From Eledone cirrhosa (taxonomy: Eukaryota): a DNA stretch of 64,000 nt. Under the pieces are notes generated by a model. The model made no database searches. It was not told the origin of the DNA and saw nothing but the letters and a program-made list of their open reading frames with translations. Position 1 is the stretch's first letter. The number at the start of each line of letters is the position of its first letter. This document shows, one piece after another, positions 12,217-24,434 of the stretch. The stretch lies in contig OZ024741.1 in NCBI GenBank assembly GCA_964016885.1, positions 221,402,001-221,466,000 of the forward strand. The letters are read 5' to 3'. Both the position numbers and the translations under genes were made by a program.

Positions 12217-12271
12217 CTTTACTAGCCAACAATGTTTCGTCCTATTAAGGACTCATCAGGGCAAGTAAAGC
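12217..12271 (-). ncRNA. Hammerhead ribozyme in the 3' terminal repeat of the Penelope-like element (sense to its ORF)
   Basis: Minus: ctttacttgcc-CTGATGA-gtcc ttaata ggac-GAAA-catt-GTT-ggctagtaaag. Confidence 0.88.
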
Positions 12272-13983
12272 TATAAGAAGCACTATCGGCCAATACAAGC
12301 CAAAAACTCAGAAGAATATGGAGTATACATACATTAAAGCATAGGAAAATTATCAAGTAAAAATTATCAAGTAAAAATTGCTAAGGAAGTGAATAACATT
12401 TTGAACCATATTACAAATATAGTACAATGCAAAAACTAAAACTAAACATAAGTGGTGATATAAAGCGAGAATTACAGTACTATATATAATATAATATAAT
12501 ATAATATAATATAATTGATAATGATAATAATAATAATATTAAAAGGCCCAATATACATATATATATATATACATATGTACACACATATATATATATATCA
12601 ATGCACATATCCATCAATACAAACACAAACTAACACTTATTAAGAGTTTAAATATAAATAAAAATAAAAATATAATACATATATTATTTACAGTATAAAA
12701 TGATAAAGAAATGAGTAAAAGTAAACATATAATATATAATATACTATATAATTATATAATTTATAATCCCCGGTCAATTTGCACAAACAATATAAATATT
12801 ACAATAACACTATAATAACAATATTATAATATATTGGCATATAACTTAACAAATCATATAAAGTTACACACAGGGTGAGAAAAAATATCATACATAACTA
12901 AATTGTGTTTAAAAAATTGTGCTAGAAAAATATCTATACCGTTGTAAGAAAACAGACGGAGGTCAAGTTTTTATACAATTGGTATAAATAAATATTATCT
13001 AAACATTACAAAAATTATAAAAATATAAACATATTACGGAATTTACAAAATTTAACATAAGGGTATATCGAATAATCGGTAAATATTTAAGATCTATAGT
13101 ACGATTACATAGAGTGATATGATATAACAACTTCAATATCAAATAATAAACATAGAATAATATACATAATTACATGGCTGGTAGACAGACATATGTGAAT
13201 AAGTGAATAAGAACCAGACAGAAACTACGCACGGTAGTAAAAAAAAATATAAATAAAATCAACCGGAAATCGAAAAACAAAAACAAATATATTTACTTAG
13301 GTGTCACAAGCAGTTAAGTAAAAAAAAAAAATAAAAAAAATTTGGAATCAAACCCGGATAAATGACTAGAAAACCCTATTAAATTAATTAATATTGAAAG
13401 TATTTAAAATACATAATAAGTCAATACAAAATTAGCTATGGTTTAAGTAATCAAAATCTCCAAAGTTTAAGATATCTCAATAAAAATATCCAGAATAGAA
13501 TGAAATATTCTACTATCAGTTGAATAACGTTATCTAATAAACGGACATTAAATAGAACTATGGTAGGCCAATGGGGACAGAAAAAAGAAAGGTATGAAGG
13601 ATACAAAGGAGCATAAAATCATAATCAATATACTGTATTATACAATAGAAAGGAGCATAAAAGGGAATTGAATATAATTATAGTATAATTGAAGGGGCGA
13701 ATGACAAGTGTGTGGGGGAAGGGGAGGGGGTTAATTATCTAAATGAGAATCCAAATAAAATAAAATAAAATAATATAAAATAAAATAAAATAAAATATAC
13801 AATAAGATATAAACTCATAAGGTGTTAATAGGGAAAATATAATATTTAAGAAGATAGATATGGTATGGTAGCCAAAAGACTATGAAAGCTAGATCGAAAA
13901 GCTGTTAAAAATCAATAATAATAATGATAATGATGGTGGTAAACAAAATGAACCTAAACAAAAAAGATAAGGGAATATAGCAG

Positions 13984-16671
13984 CTAAAGGATACAATTTA
14001 CACTACCAGAACTTTTAGGTTTATAATAAAAGTAAGAATTAGAAATGGCGTGGGGGCAGGAAGAGAATATCTCAAACTTTCTATTAAGTAAGAGTTCCCT
14101 AGAGAAAATTATAGAGTGGGTCTCAAGAATACAGAGATTACAGAATTTAGTGTGTGTTGGTAGGTTATTAGAGCGTGCTACTATTCGCCAATTAAGGCTA
14201 TATGGTATATTATCTCCCTTAAGATCCCAGATATGGTGTGCTAAAGAAGTAGAATTCTTAAACTTAACATGTTTAAAATTAGAGATATGAGAATTAAACC
14301 TAGTCTTAAAAGTGTTAGATGTTGAGCCTATATATGTGCTATTAGAGGAATTAGTTTTAACTACACAAGCATAAACGATGTTCCTAGAGAGGCAGTTAAC
14401 GTTTAAAGGGCAGTTAACACTTACTCTACAGTTACACTTCCGGGTGCTATTGATCGGCTGAAGTAGTGATGCATCACTCGTAGGGTTACTATGAGATAAG
14501 GTCTGCTCAGGTGGTAAGGCATTTATGGATCTATCCAGACTAGTAGTACGCAGAGAGGAGTAGCCGTCCCTAATTTTCCTATTGTTAGTGCTAGCTAAAT
14601 GAGAACTAATATTAGGGGTGGTAGAGAATGATAATTTAATTACATTTTTATTAAAAATACCATGGTATTTATTAGTAGGAGGGAAATTTTTCTCTAAGAT
14701 AGAAAAGAAAGACCTGGGGATGTTAGTTAATACTTCCTGATCATATGGCGGGTTAAAATAAGTATTTAGTCTCCTTCTATTTCTATCCTTACCAACTCTA
14801 CCGTTATCTAATATCCCATTATTAAGATCTGGGTTACTACGAGGACTAGTTAAAACCACATTATTAGAATCAGCCGAAACCCCATTGAGTCTCTTTCTGT
14901 TTCTACTTCTAGTATATCTACTGCTATCTGGAATTATATCAAAAGGATTGGGGCTAATAATAGGATCAGTAGAAACAACACTATCAGAATTAGATTTAGC
15001 AAAAGCATTACCACTGAGTGAGCGCTCAGAGCGCCCAACTTGATCCCTAGAACTAATAGATTCCCTATTACGAATCCGGTGGCTTAACTAATGGATGGGT
15101 TCGGATACACCTATGTGATTTCTACGATTCTTATGCTTTCTACTCCCATTCATGGCCATATTATGGGATATTATGTTATTATTATTATATGTAAGCGGAG
15201 ACTTTCTAAGGTTACTATTATTATAATGTATTTTACCAGAGTAACCGGAGTTAGCTAGGGCATTATTATAGTACTCTGTATGTGCATTAAATATTCCTAT
15301 GTCCTTAGAGAGTGTGGAAATTTTATTAGATACACCATTAATTATAGAGCTTATCATAGATTTGGGGTGGTTAGAATTGGGACTAACATAAGAGAGTATT
15401 TCATTAGGCTTATGGAAGGGTTTAAAACTATTAGTGACCAAGTCCAAAGTCACATCTAAAAAGTTGACCGCTCTATCATTTCTATCTATCGTGATCGAAA
15501 GGTTAAAGCTTTTAAAAAACTTATAAAGTTTCTTCTTATTATGCTCGATGTTATTGGTGCTAGAGTTAATCACAAACAATGCATCGTCACGATAGAGTCC
15601 GCCTTTAAGGTGCGGAAAGGTAACATACAGTTTATTTAGGAGGAACAGCCCAACAAGATCAGTTACCTGGGCCGAATCACTCGAAACCATTGTAACGTCG
15701 AAATTGTTGGGCGTGTTTTTACGGGTCCAAAATGTATCCTCGAAATTGATGATAGTTCTACGGGCTGCTAGTATAATATCAATCTGTGATCGTGTAAGGC
15801 TGGACACTCTCATGGCCATCATTAAGGCTTTATTAAGGAGGATAGGTGAAATCGATGTGTAATAGGCATCAATATCAAACTGGATAAACCTACTAGATTC
15901 AAGTTTATTAATACCAGAGAACCAATCTATAACCTCCTTAGTGTTCCCCCATAGATTAAATTTAACCTTCTCCCTAACGGCTGGTATAATAAGGTCAAGG
16001 ATTTTCTTACTAATTATGGCTATATCAGACTTAGAAGGACAGATGAGTCTAACAGAGGGATTACTAATGAAGTCTACCTTATGATCCTTAAGAGTGAATC
16101 TCGGTTCCCTAGGGTAATATGGCTGGGTATACTTATCAAGGCCAAGGTCCGAGACTATCTTAAGACCCTCATTATTGATATGATCCAAATTATCTTGCGT
16201 AGTCTTTTTATAATTTCTATGCAGCTCCTTATAAATAAAATTACGGTAAGCACTGTAATCCGTAGAGTATAGATTCTTAGTCTTATCAGCCGGGACAAGA
16301 ATAGACTTATTCGCTCTAAAATCCTTAACAATATTTTTAAGTCTAGACTGGAACCTGTCAAACTTATTATAATTTCCATGTCTATTATATGGCCTATACT
16401 TAATATTTTTGACAAGGGAAAGTAAATCATTTTCAAAATTATCTAATAGAACATTATGTGGTGGGCTCTTATAAGTTTTGAAGCCAAAGTTATTGAAAGG
16501 AGTTCTATGCCAGGGGTCAGTCCTATTCCTATTAATATCAAAGTGGAAAGCACGCCATCTAATCCTTTTTACGAAGGAGTTAACACTAGCAATTAAGAGT
16601 TTTTCATAAGTATTTCTAGAGGGGATGGGAATATTCTTCAGAGATAAAGGCAGGTAGTGCTTCTTATAGCT
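13984..16671 (-). pseudogene. Penelope-like polyprotein (~890 codons): N-terminal domain, reverse transcriptase, Cys-rich linker, C-terminal GIY-YIG endonuclease; one in-frame TAG at 15088-15090 and no start ATG
   Basis: Manual translation is open from 16671: SLKNIPIP, FVKRIRWRA, FGFKT, FENDL, PADKTKNLY, FDIDAYYTSI, FDVTM, GLYRDD, NFLDVTLDL, SNHP, YFNPPY, CNCRVSVNCPLNVNC, IVY..YIG, FKTRFNSH, CNLCILE; ORFs 15088-16188 and 13984-14859 share a frame. Confidence 0.92.
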
Positions 16672-16723
16672 TTACTTGCCCTGATGAGTCCTTGATAGGA
16701 CGAAATATTGTTGGCTAATAAAG
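16670..16723 (+). ncRNA. Hammerhead ribozyme in the inverted 5' terminal repeat
   Basis: ctttacttgcc-CTGATGA-gtcc ttgata ggac-GAAA-tatt-GTT-ggctaataaag. Confidence 0.85.
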
Positions 16724-17187
16724 ACTTTTGATGTATTGAAGGCTTCTTTGGTTTATTTTCATAATTCTTCGGCTCTGTTTAATTACATTGAGCTATACCT
16801 TTACTGTCATTTCTATAATATGAAGAGGGTGTTTAATTCCAACACACTCTAGTATTTTAATTCTTATATATATATATATATATATATAATCTACCATAAT
16901 ATATAAACATATATATAATCTACCATAATATATATATATATATATATATGAATGAGTAAGGGTCCGACTCATGTTATGGTCCATCTGGTTCCTTACCACA
17001 TTTTCTTCATTATATATATATATATATCTATATATATATGAGATCTGTCAGCTTATCTCCCTTTGTTTGCTGAAAAAAGAAGAAAGTGACATAGTCACTA
17101 CTTTAAAACAATAGCGTAAGGCCTTCAAAATGCTTTTAATTAAGCATACAGTGTATTGCAAAATACACTATATATACACATTCATAT

Positions 17188-17817
17188 ATCATCATCATCA
17201 TCATCGTTTAACGTCTATCTTCCACGCTAGCATAGGTTTAGACAGGAATTGTCCCATTGAGGCAAGATTGGTTGTCTTGCTCGTATAGGACTGTCTGGCA
17301 GGTTTTCTACAGCTGGATGCCCTTCCTAACACCAACCACGTTTACAGTGTGAACTGGGAGGTTTTTACCGTGTTACCTACACGGCCACATTACAGCGTGG
17401 ACTGTGTGTGTGTGTTGTTTTTTTTGTCGTGACACCTACACGACCTCATTTATTTAGGACTGGATGTTGTGGTACCAACATAACTTTACAGTGAAAGGGG
17501 TGGTGTAGATGGGGGTGGGGGTAGGGGTAGTGGGACGGGGGTGTATTTTGGTTAAGAGGTGCCTACTGACTGTAGGTTTAGCTTTGTACTTAGGCAAGGC
17601 GGGTCTTCTGTATTACTGCGTAGCGCCAAAGATCTCGGTCCAGTGACATTGTCTTGGAGAGGTGTAAGTGTGTCAGGTCGGAATTTATGAAATCGTCCCA
17701 GGTTTTTCTGGGTCTGCCTACTCCGTAGCTACCGTCTATTTTGATCGCCCTGCACTTTTTTATACAGCTGTCATCTTTCATGTGCATCACGTGACCATAC
17801 CAACGTAGTCTTCTCTC
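17188..17817 (-). mobile_element. RTE-clade LINE 3' fragment, same subfamily as 9529-10918
   Basis: ERRLRWYGHV..GRPRKTWDD..DRDLWRYAV; 3' UTR closely matches 9530-9925. Confidence 0.9.
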
Positions 17818-18252
17818 GATATATATATACAGATACTCATCTCTCGGAGTTACGAACAACTTCACCAATTACATATATTAGTTTAACAACAATCTCTCGA
17901 AATTACGATTCGTTGACTCGTCCATAATATATTCGCTCAACGACAATATCTCGCAGTTACGATCCGCAGAGAACAGTGACAACACAGTTGTGAGTGAACG
18001 CAAGCAGGAAAAAGCGGACGCTTGCAAGCAGGAAAAAGCGGACGCAAAATGATGATGATGATGATATAAAAGAAATAAGATTTCGCTTCAAGCATAGCTT
18101 TATACAATATGTATAGAAATTTCGTATTTCTAAAGAAATACGGTTTTAGGAAGCTTCATATGCAAATGAGATTAATCACCTCATTTACACAGACGGGAAA
18201 ACTATATATTCTCGGCTGTTTTCAAGTCCAGCAGTTGCAAGCGGTAGGAAGG

Positions 18253-18296
18253 ACCGTCCTGACGAAGGCCAGTTAAGCCTGAAATGCATAGACGGT
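18253..18296 (+). ncRNA. Type-I hammerhead ribozyme motif within an extended hairpin (18226-18319)
   Basis: accgtc-CTGACGA-aggc cagttaa gcct-GAAA-tgc-ATA-gacggt; perfect 6-bp stem I and 4-bp stem II; palindromic ATGCAT. Confidence 0.88.
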
Positions 18297-18344
18297 TGTC
18301 CCCCCTGCTTCTACTGGACACCAGCAGAGGGCGTTAGCGCCCCC

Positions 18345-18540
18345 CTGTAAGGTGGTTGTTTCGGTGCAACAATAAAAAGCACCCAGGTCATACTGTAACC
18401 TGATTGGCGTTAGGAAGGGCATTCAGCCATAGAAACTACCCCAAAATATAAATCCATATGAGCAAGACATGATCTATGGACCTGACTTGTCTTAATGTAA
18501 CAATCCATTAAACCCATGCAAATGTGGAAAATGGACTTTT
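18345..18540 (+). mobile_element. RTE-type 3' tail segment
   Basis: aaaaagcacccag...ttggcgttaggaagggcattcagccatagaaac...aacccatgcaaatgtggaaaatggac resembles the other RTE tails here. Confidence 0.7.
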
Positions 18541-18607
18541 AGTAAGAACTTAAATCTTAAAACATGTATGATATATTGTGAATAAAAAGTGAAATTTTAA
18601 AGAATAC

Positions 18608-18985
18608 TCACAGTACTAAACTGGTTCGGTTTATTGGGGGTTTTTTCGACCTCGAATGGATGAAAGGCAAAGTTAACCTAGGTGAGAAGAAAACTGGAAT
18701 GAATACCACAAAGTATTCTATCTGATGTTCTAACGACTCTGTCAATTCGCAGCCATATCATATATTTTTATCATCATCATCATCACCTTTTAACATCTAT
18801 TTTAAACGATGATGATGATGATATATATGATATGGCTGTGAATTGGCAGAGTCGTTAGAACATCGGATAGAATACTTTGTGGTATTTATCCAGTTCTCTT
18901 CTCTCTGAGTTCAAATCCCACCACGGTTGACTTTGCCTTTCATCCATTTGAGGTCGAAAAAAACCCACTTTAGTACTGGGGTTGA
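18608..18985. repeat. Head-to-head inverted pair of family-A SINEs with shared flanks; ~180-bp arms and a ~15-bp spacer
   Basis: 18700-18785 and 18807-18888 are near reverse complements, including catatcatat and (cat)n. Confidence 0.85.
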
Positions 18986-19165
18986 ATCTTCCTCTGTATT
19001 TCTTTCTTCCTTCCTTTCTCTTACTCTCTATCCTTCTTTGGAAGAAATCTGGTGTGTTCAGACCTGGAGAGGGATGGTCTCAGCTAGGATTAAAATGTGC
19101 TAGAAACACCAGTACACCACCCTTACAACTCCATCAGGAGTTACAGGACCATGCATGCATATATA

Positions 19166-19556
19166 TCATCATCATCATCATCATCGTTTAATGTCCATCT
19201 TCCACGCTAGCATAGGTTAGACGGGAATTGTCCCAATTTGAGGCAAGATTGGTCGGGTGACCGTGTCTCGCTCGTATAGGACTGTCTGGCAGGTTTTCTA
19301 CGGCTGGATGCCCTTCCTAACACCAACCACATTTACAGTGTGGAATGGGAGATTTTTACCGTGTTACCAACATGGTCACATTACAGCGTGTGTTTTTTTG
19401 TCATGACACCTACACGACCTCATTAGTTTGGACTGGATGTTGTGGTACCAACTTTATAGAGAAAGGTTGGTGGGAGTGGGAGGATGGAGTAGGGGTAGTG
19501 GGTTGGGGTGTATGTTTGGTTTGGAGGGGCCTACTGACTGTAGGTTAACTTTGCAC
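19166..19556 (-). mobile_element. RTE-type 3' UTR-only copy
   Basis: Aligns with 17188-17588. Confidence 0.8.
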
Positions 19557-19599
<43 letters not shown>

Positions 19600-19892
19600 C
19601 ATTCTTACATGACTATATGTTAGGCTTCTACATAAACTGGAAACATTCTCCCAACTTGTAGAAAACTTATAATGAAACAATTGTTTGGAAAGAGAGATAT
19701 ATTTTAACTTTAATTATATCTCATAAAATAATACAACTGGCTTTCCACAAAATACATATAGTTAGCACCCAAACACTTAAATTGGGTTATACTAACATAT
19801 AACCTAATGTTTGTTGAGTGAGATGGTTACCAGTCGGAGTTTAGCGTTAAGCTATCTCTGTTATTGTATTAATAAATATATATATATATATT

Positions 19893-21773
19893 CCACATTG
19901 CAAGGCAGTGTGTCAATGCAAATCAGGATGTTGTTGGAGATAAATGTGTCCAGGATGATGCCGGTGTACTTAGTGTCACGAATGATCAGAAAAAGGAGGC
20001 CTGGAAATGTCATTATGAGAGACTGATGAATGTGGAGAACGAATGGGAGAGAGAAAAATTACCCTCAGTAGATCCGACAGAGGGACCAGCTATTGAGATT
20101 GACGAATATATGGTCCAAGAGGCGATTAAGGAAATGAAATATGGTAAGGCTGCTGGACTGTCGGAGATAGTTGGTGAGATGCTGAAGGCATCAGGGGACA
20201 TAAACTGGTTGCACGCATCATCACTCAGGCTATATATGGTGGTGTCATACCCAAAGACTGGTGCAGCAGTATTCTCATAAATTGCTACAAAGGTAAAGGT
20301 GATGCTCTGGAGAGGAGCAATTATAGGGGTATAAAACTGATGGATCAGGTTATGAAAATGGCAGAAAGGATATTAGCACAACTAATTAGAGAAAGGGTCA
20401 AACTAGATGAGATGCAGTTTGGTTTTGTGCCTGGGAAAAGTACAACAGAATCCCTCTTCTTGGTGAGACAATTACAAGAGAGGTTCTTAGAGAAGAATAA
20501 GCCACTATACTTAGCCTTTGCTGACCTAGAGAAGGCTTTGATAGGGTACCCCAATCTGTCATCTGGTGGTCCCTAAGGAAACTAGGTGTTGAGGAATGGC
20601 TTGTGAGGACAGTGCAAACTTTGTACAGAGGTACTGTCAATAAAGTCAGAGTAGGAATGGAGTTTAGTGAGGAATTCCAGATACAAGTAGGAGTACATCA
20701 AGATTCGGTCCTCAGCCCGCTCTTGTTCATTATAGTCCTCCAAGCCATAACAGAGGAGTTTAAAACTGGCTGTCCATGGGAACTTCTCTATGCTGACGAT
20801 TTGGTTCTTATAGCAGAATCAGTAGAGGAGCTAGAGAATAAATTCTGGCTATGGAAACAGCAGTTGGAAGCAAGAGGACTGAGAGTGAACCTAGTTAAGA
20901 CAAAAGTGTTGATAAGTAGAAAAGAGGACAATACTCTGATTCCGTCAGGGAAATGGCCATGTTCGATATGCAGAAAAGGAACTGGCATAAATTCTATAAA
21001 ATGCACACAATGCAGATTCTGGGTACACAAGAGATGTAGTGGGATAGCAGGCAAACTAACAGGTAGGGAGAAATACGTATGCAGTAGATGTACAGGGAAA
21101 TTAGACAGTAGAAGTCGCATTGATAGACACATTTTTCAAATGCAGGCGGATGCTATAGAAGTGGTTGATAGCTTCCGGTACCTAGGAGATCAGATTAGCA
21201 TGGGAGGGGGGGGGGGGGTCCGAGGCCATAGTAGCTAGAATAAGGACGGGTTGGAAGAAGTTTAGGGAGCTGCTTCCTCTGCTGATGAAGAAGGGTTTCT
21301 CCCAGCGTACGAAAGGCTGGTTATATGATGCCTGTGTGAGGAGTATGATGCTGCATGGTAGTGAGAAATGGGCAGCAACTGCAGAGGATATGCGACAGCT
21401 GGAGAGAAATGAGGCAAGCATGCTCCGTTGGAGGTACAATGTCAATGTGCATGAACGACCCAGCATGGATGTGTTGAGAGAGAAATTCTGTGTGCGAGAG
21501 AGAAGACAGGTGTTATGGACATGTGATGTGCATGGAGGATGACCAATGGGTGAAGAAGTGCCAGGAAATGCCAGTTGAAGGAAGACCTGGTAGAGGTAGA
21601 CCACGAAAAACATGGGCGGAGGTGGTGAGAACAGACCTCAGATCACTGAAGCTCACGGTGGAGATGACGAAGGACCGTGACAAGTGGAGAGATGCTGTAC
21701 TTAATAAGACCCGTCCAACCCTTGCAAGCAGGGAAAAGCGGACGTAAAATGATGATGATGATGATGATGATGA
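19893..21773 (+). mobile_element. 5'-truncated, frameshifted RTE-clade LINE with whole RT region
   Basis: KYGKAAG, NYRGIKL, QFGFVPGKST, LAFADLEKA, GVHQDSVLSPLLF, LYADD, C4HC3 finger, FRYLG, GRPRKTW; (GAT)n tail. Confidence 0.93.
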
Positions 21774-21914
21774 TATATGTGTGATATGTTGTGAACATAA
21801 ATCTTAAATAATACACACACACACTTACACACACACACATGCACACACATGCACACACATATATATATATATTTAAGATATGTTGTGAATAAGAACTTAA
21901 ATAGATCTTAAATA

Positions 21915-22095
21915 ATTGTTTCTAATTTTGGCACATACAGGATTTAACCAGTACATTACTGGTACTTTATTTTATCAACCCCGTTAGGATGAAAGGCAAA
22001 GTTAACCTTGGTGGGATTTGAACTCAGACTGTAAAGGGACGTAACTATGGTGGAATGCATCTGATCCCCTACTAATACTGCCAGTCCACCGCCCT
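21915..22095 (-). mobile_element. tRNA-derived SINE, family A
   Basis: Near-identical to the 5278 copy. Confidence 0.85.
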
Positions 22096-22235
22096 GATCT
22101 TAAATAATAGATATTGTGAATAAAAGGTGAAATATATCTTAAAGTGGAATATATTTTACTTCTTATTCACAATATATCATATCTATAAGTAATATTTAAG
22201 ATATATCATAAGGAATACCTATATGATATGTTGGG

Positions 22236-22643
22236 AATAAATAATAATAATGAAATTATTGTGTACAGTGCTCAGGTGCACTACACCTCATAAAGGTGCA
22301 TGTATAGTACATAAAATAATGTATAAATGTCAAGAAAATGAACAGTGTATGAGTCGTGATATAGATGTGTGCGTGTGTATGGAGGGGCGACATCAGGTGT
22401 AGTGTTGCCGAGCCTCAGGAAGCATGGAGGTTTTAAAGGATGCAGTGTCTCGACAGCTAACAACTGATGCAGCTAGTTTGTTCCATGCTTCAGTAACTCT
22501 GAGTGTGAAAAAATGTTTCAGAAAGTCATGGGAGCTGTACTGTTTTCTGACTTTGTAGGCATGTCCACGTGTGTTAGACACATGGAAGTCAAAAAGGTGC
22601 TCAGAGTTGTTGAAGGCAAGATGGTTAATGATTTTGTGCGTGG
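22236..22643 (-). mobile_element. CR1-clade LINE 3' fragment
   Basis: TRGHAYKVRKQYSSHDFLKHFFTLRVTEAWNKL; ATT tail. Confidence 0.88.
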
Positions 22644-22666
22644 ATAAATTTTAAAGATTGCATGAA

Positions 22667-23548
22667 CGTGGTGGTATCAACAAGTTTCCAGACTAGTTCT
22701 GTAGCACAGCAACAAATGGCAACACACAGTAGCACATGTAGTGAGAGCTAGCAGTGACCTTCATGTGCCAGTGTGCCTTAATGGCAACACATGGTAGCAC
22801 ATGTAGTGAGAGCTAGCAGTGACCTGCATGTGTCAGTGTGCCAAGTGACAACACACAGTAGCACATGTAGTGAGAGGTAGCAGTGAACTTCATGTGCTAG
22901 TGTGCCAAGTGACATCACATGGTAGCACATGTAGTGAGAGCTAGCAGTGACCTTCATGTGCCAGTGTGCCAAGTGACAACACACAGTAGCACATGTAGTG
23001 AGAGGTAGCAGTGAACTTCATGTGCTAGTGTGCCAAGTGACATCACATGGTAGCACATGTAGTGAGAGCTAGCAGTGACCTTCATGTGCCAGTGCCTTAA
23101 TGACAACACATGGTAGTAACATCTAGTGAGAGCTAGCAGTGACCTTCATGTGCCAGTGTGCCAAGTGACAACACTGTGTTCACTTCCTAAGTTGTGAAAT
23201 TTGTGTTTTTGTGATCATGTGTATGGTGTAGCCTGCGATTTAGTCATGAACAGGAAGTCAGAACCAAAAGCCAACATGAAATTTTGCGTCCAACTTCAGC
23301 AGCAGAAAAACGTCCCTGAAAGATGACGAGTGAGATGGAAGATCGGACACGAATATCATCCCCATAAGGTCCTCAACTCGCTAATGGAAAACAACTTCCA
23401 GGGTGGATTCCAAAAGTGACAGAAACACTGGGACCATTGTATTGCTGAGCAAGGTGACTATTTCAAAGGAGATGATGTTAAAACTTTGGTAAATATATTA
23501 GTTTGTTTTTAAACATGACTAGTCCGAGAACTTTTTCATACCACCTCG
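22667..23548 (+). mobile_element. Internally deleted mariner-type DNA transposon
   Basis: Imperfect TIRs cgtggtggtatcaacaagtttccagactag / ctagtccgagaactttttcataccacctcg followed by TA; transposase remnants MNRKSEPKANMKFCVQL (~23246) and FQGGFQK*QKHWDHCIAEQGDYFKGD (~23396). Confidence 0.8.
22718..23175. repeat. ~64-bp tandem repeat, about 7 copies, inside the mariner
   Basis: agcacatgtagtgagag recurs at 22731, 22796, 22860, 22924, 22988, 23052, with a variant at 23115. Confidence 0.92.
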
Positions 23549-24003
23549 TATAAATGATATGTTATGAATAAGAAGTTAAATATATCTCAAATAATACATA
23601 TGTATATATATATGTGATATACTGTGAATAAGAACTTAAATCTTAAAGAGTACATATATATATGTGTGTGTCTGTGTTTTGTGAATAAGAACTAAAATGT
23701 ATTGTAAAGAACACATACATATATGATATGTATTTGTATGAAGCACTGCAAATTGTTTTGTTACCTCAAATTGAATGTAACCAATTAAGATATAATAATT
23801 AAGGAACTATTTAGATGGTATAAGTATATGGCAATGTAAATTAGAAGAAATAGAGTTTAAATTGAATCTAATAATTAGGAAAATTCTAAATTGAAATATA
23901 CAATAGACTTAATATAATATAATGTGAGGTTTTAATTCTGATGAAATTTATTAGCAGAAAAATAAATGAAAAAAATCCAGACAATTGGAGCATCATATCA
24001 TAC

Positions 24004-24399
24004 TTTGTAAGTTACTCAACACTGCTGAAGTATATATATACATATATACACACATATATACTTACATATTTACACATATATATTATAGTTTGTAAGTTAC
24101 TCACCACTGTTGAAGTATATATATACATATATATATACACACACACATATATACTTACATATTTACACATATATATTATAGATTGTAAGTTACTCACCAC
24201 TGTTGAAGTATATATATACATATATATATACACACACATATATATACTTACATATATACACATATATATCATAGTTTGTAAGTTACTCAACACTGTTAAA
24301 GTATATATACACATATATATACATATACATATACTGACATATATATATACATATATACACACACACACATATACTTACATATATACACATATATTGAAG

Positions 24400-24434
<35 letters not shown>

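Larger units (their letters stand above)
12176..16866 (-). mobile_element. Penelope-like retroelement, near full length, with inverted hammerhead-containing terminal repeats, flanked by (TA)n
   Basis: RT + GIY-YIG frame; 12176-12285 is the reverse complement of 16655-16764 (110 bp, few mismatches); (TA)n at both ends. Confidence 0.93.

Noticed and set aside
15088-15090. Selenocysteine recoding, as reported for some Naiad PLEs
   Set aside because: The stop is TAG, not TGA, and is not at a conserved Cys position
16081-16436. ORFs 16155-16436(-) and 16081-16272(+) as separate genes
   Set aside because: Alternative frames overlapping the Penelope-like ORF, whose own frame is open and motif-rich through this interval
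17825-18000. Possible Tigger/pogo-like terminus (tacagatactc...gagttacgaac)
   Set aside because: No matching second TIR or transposase remnant found
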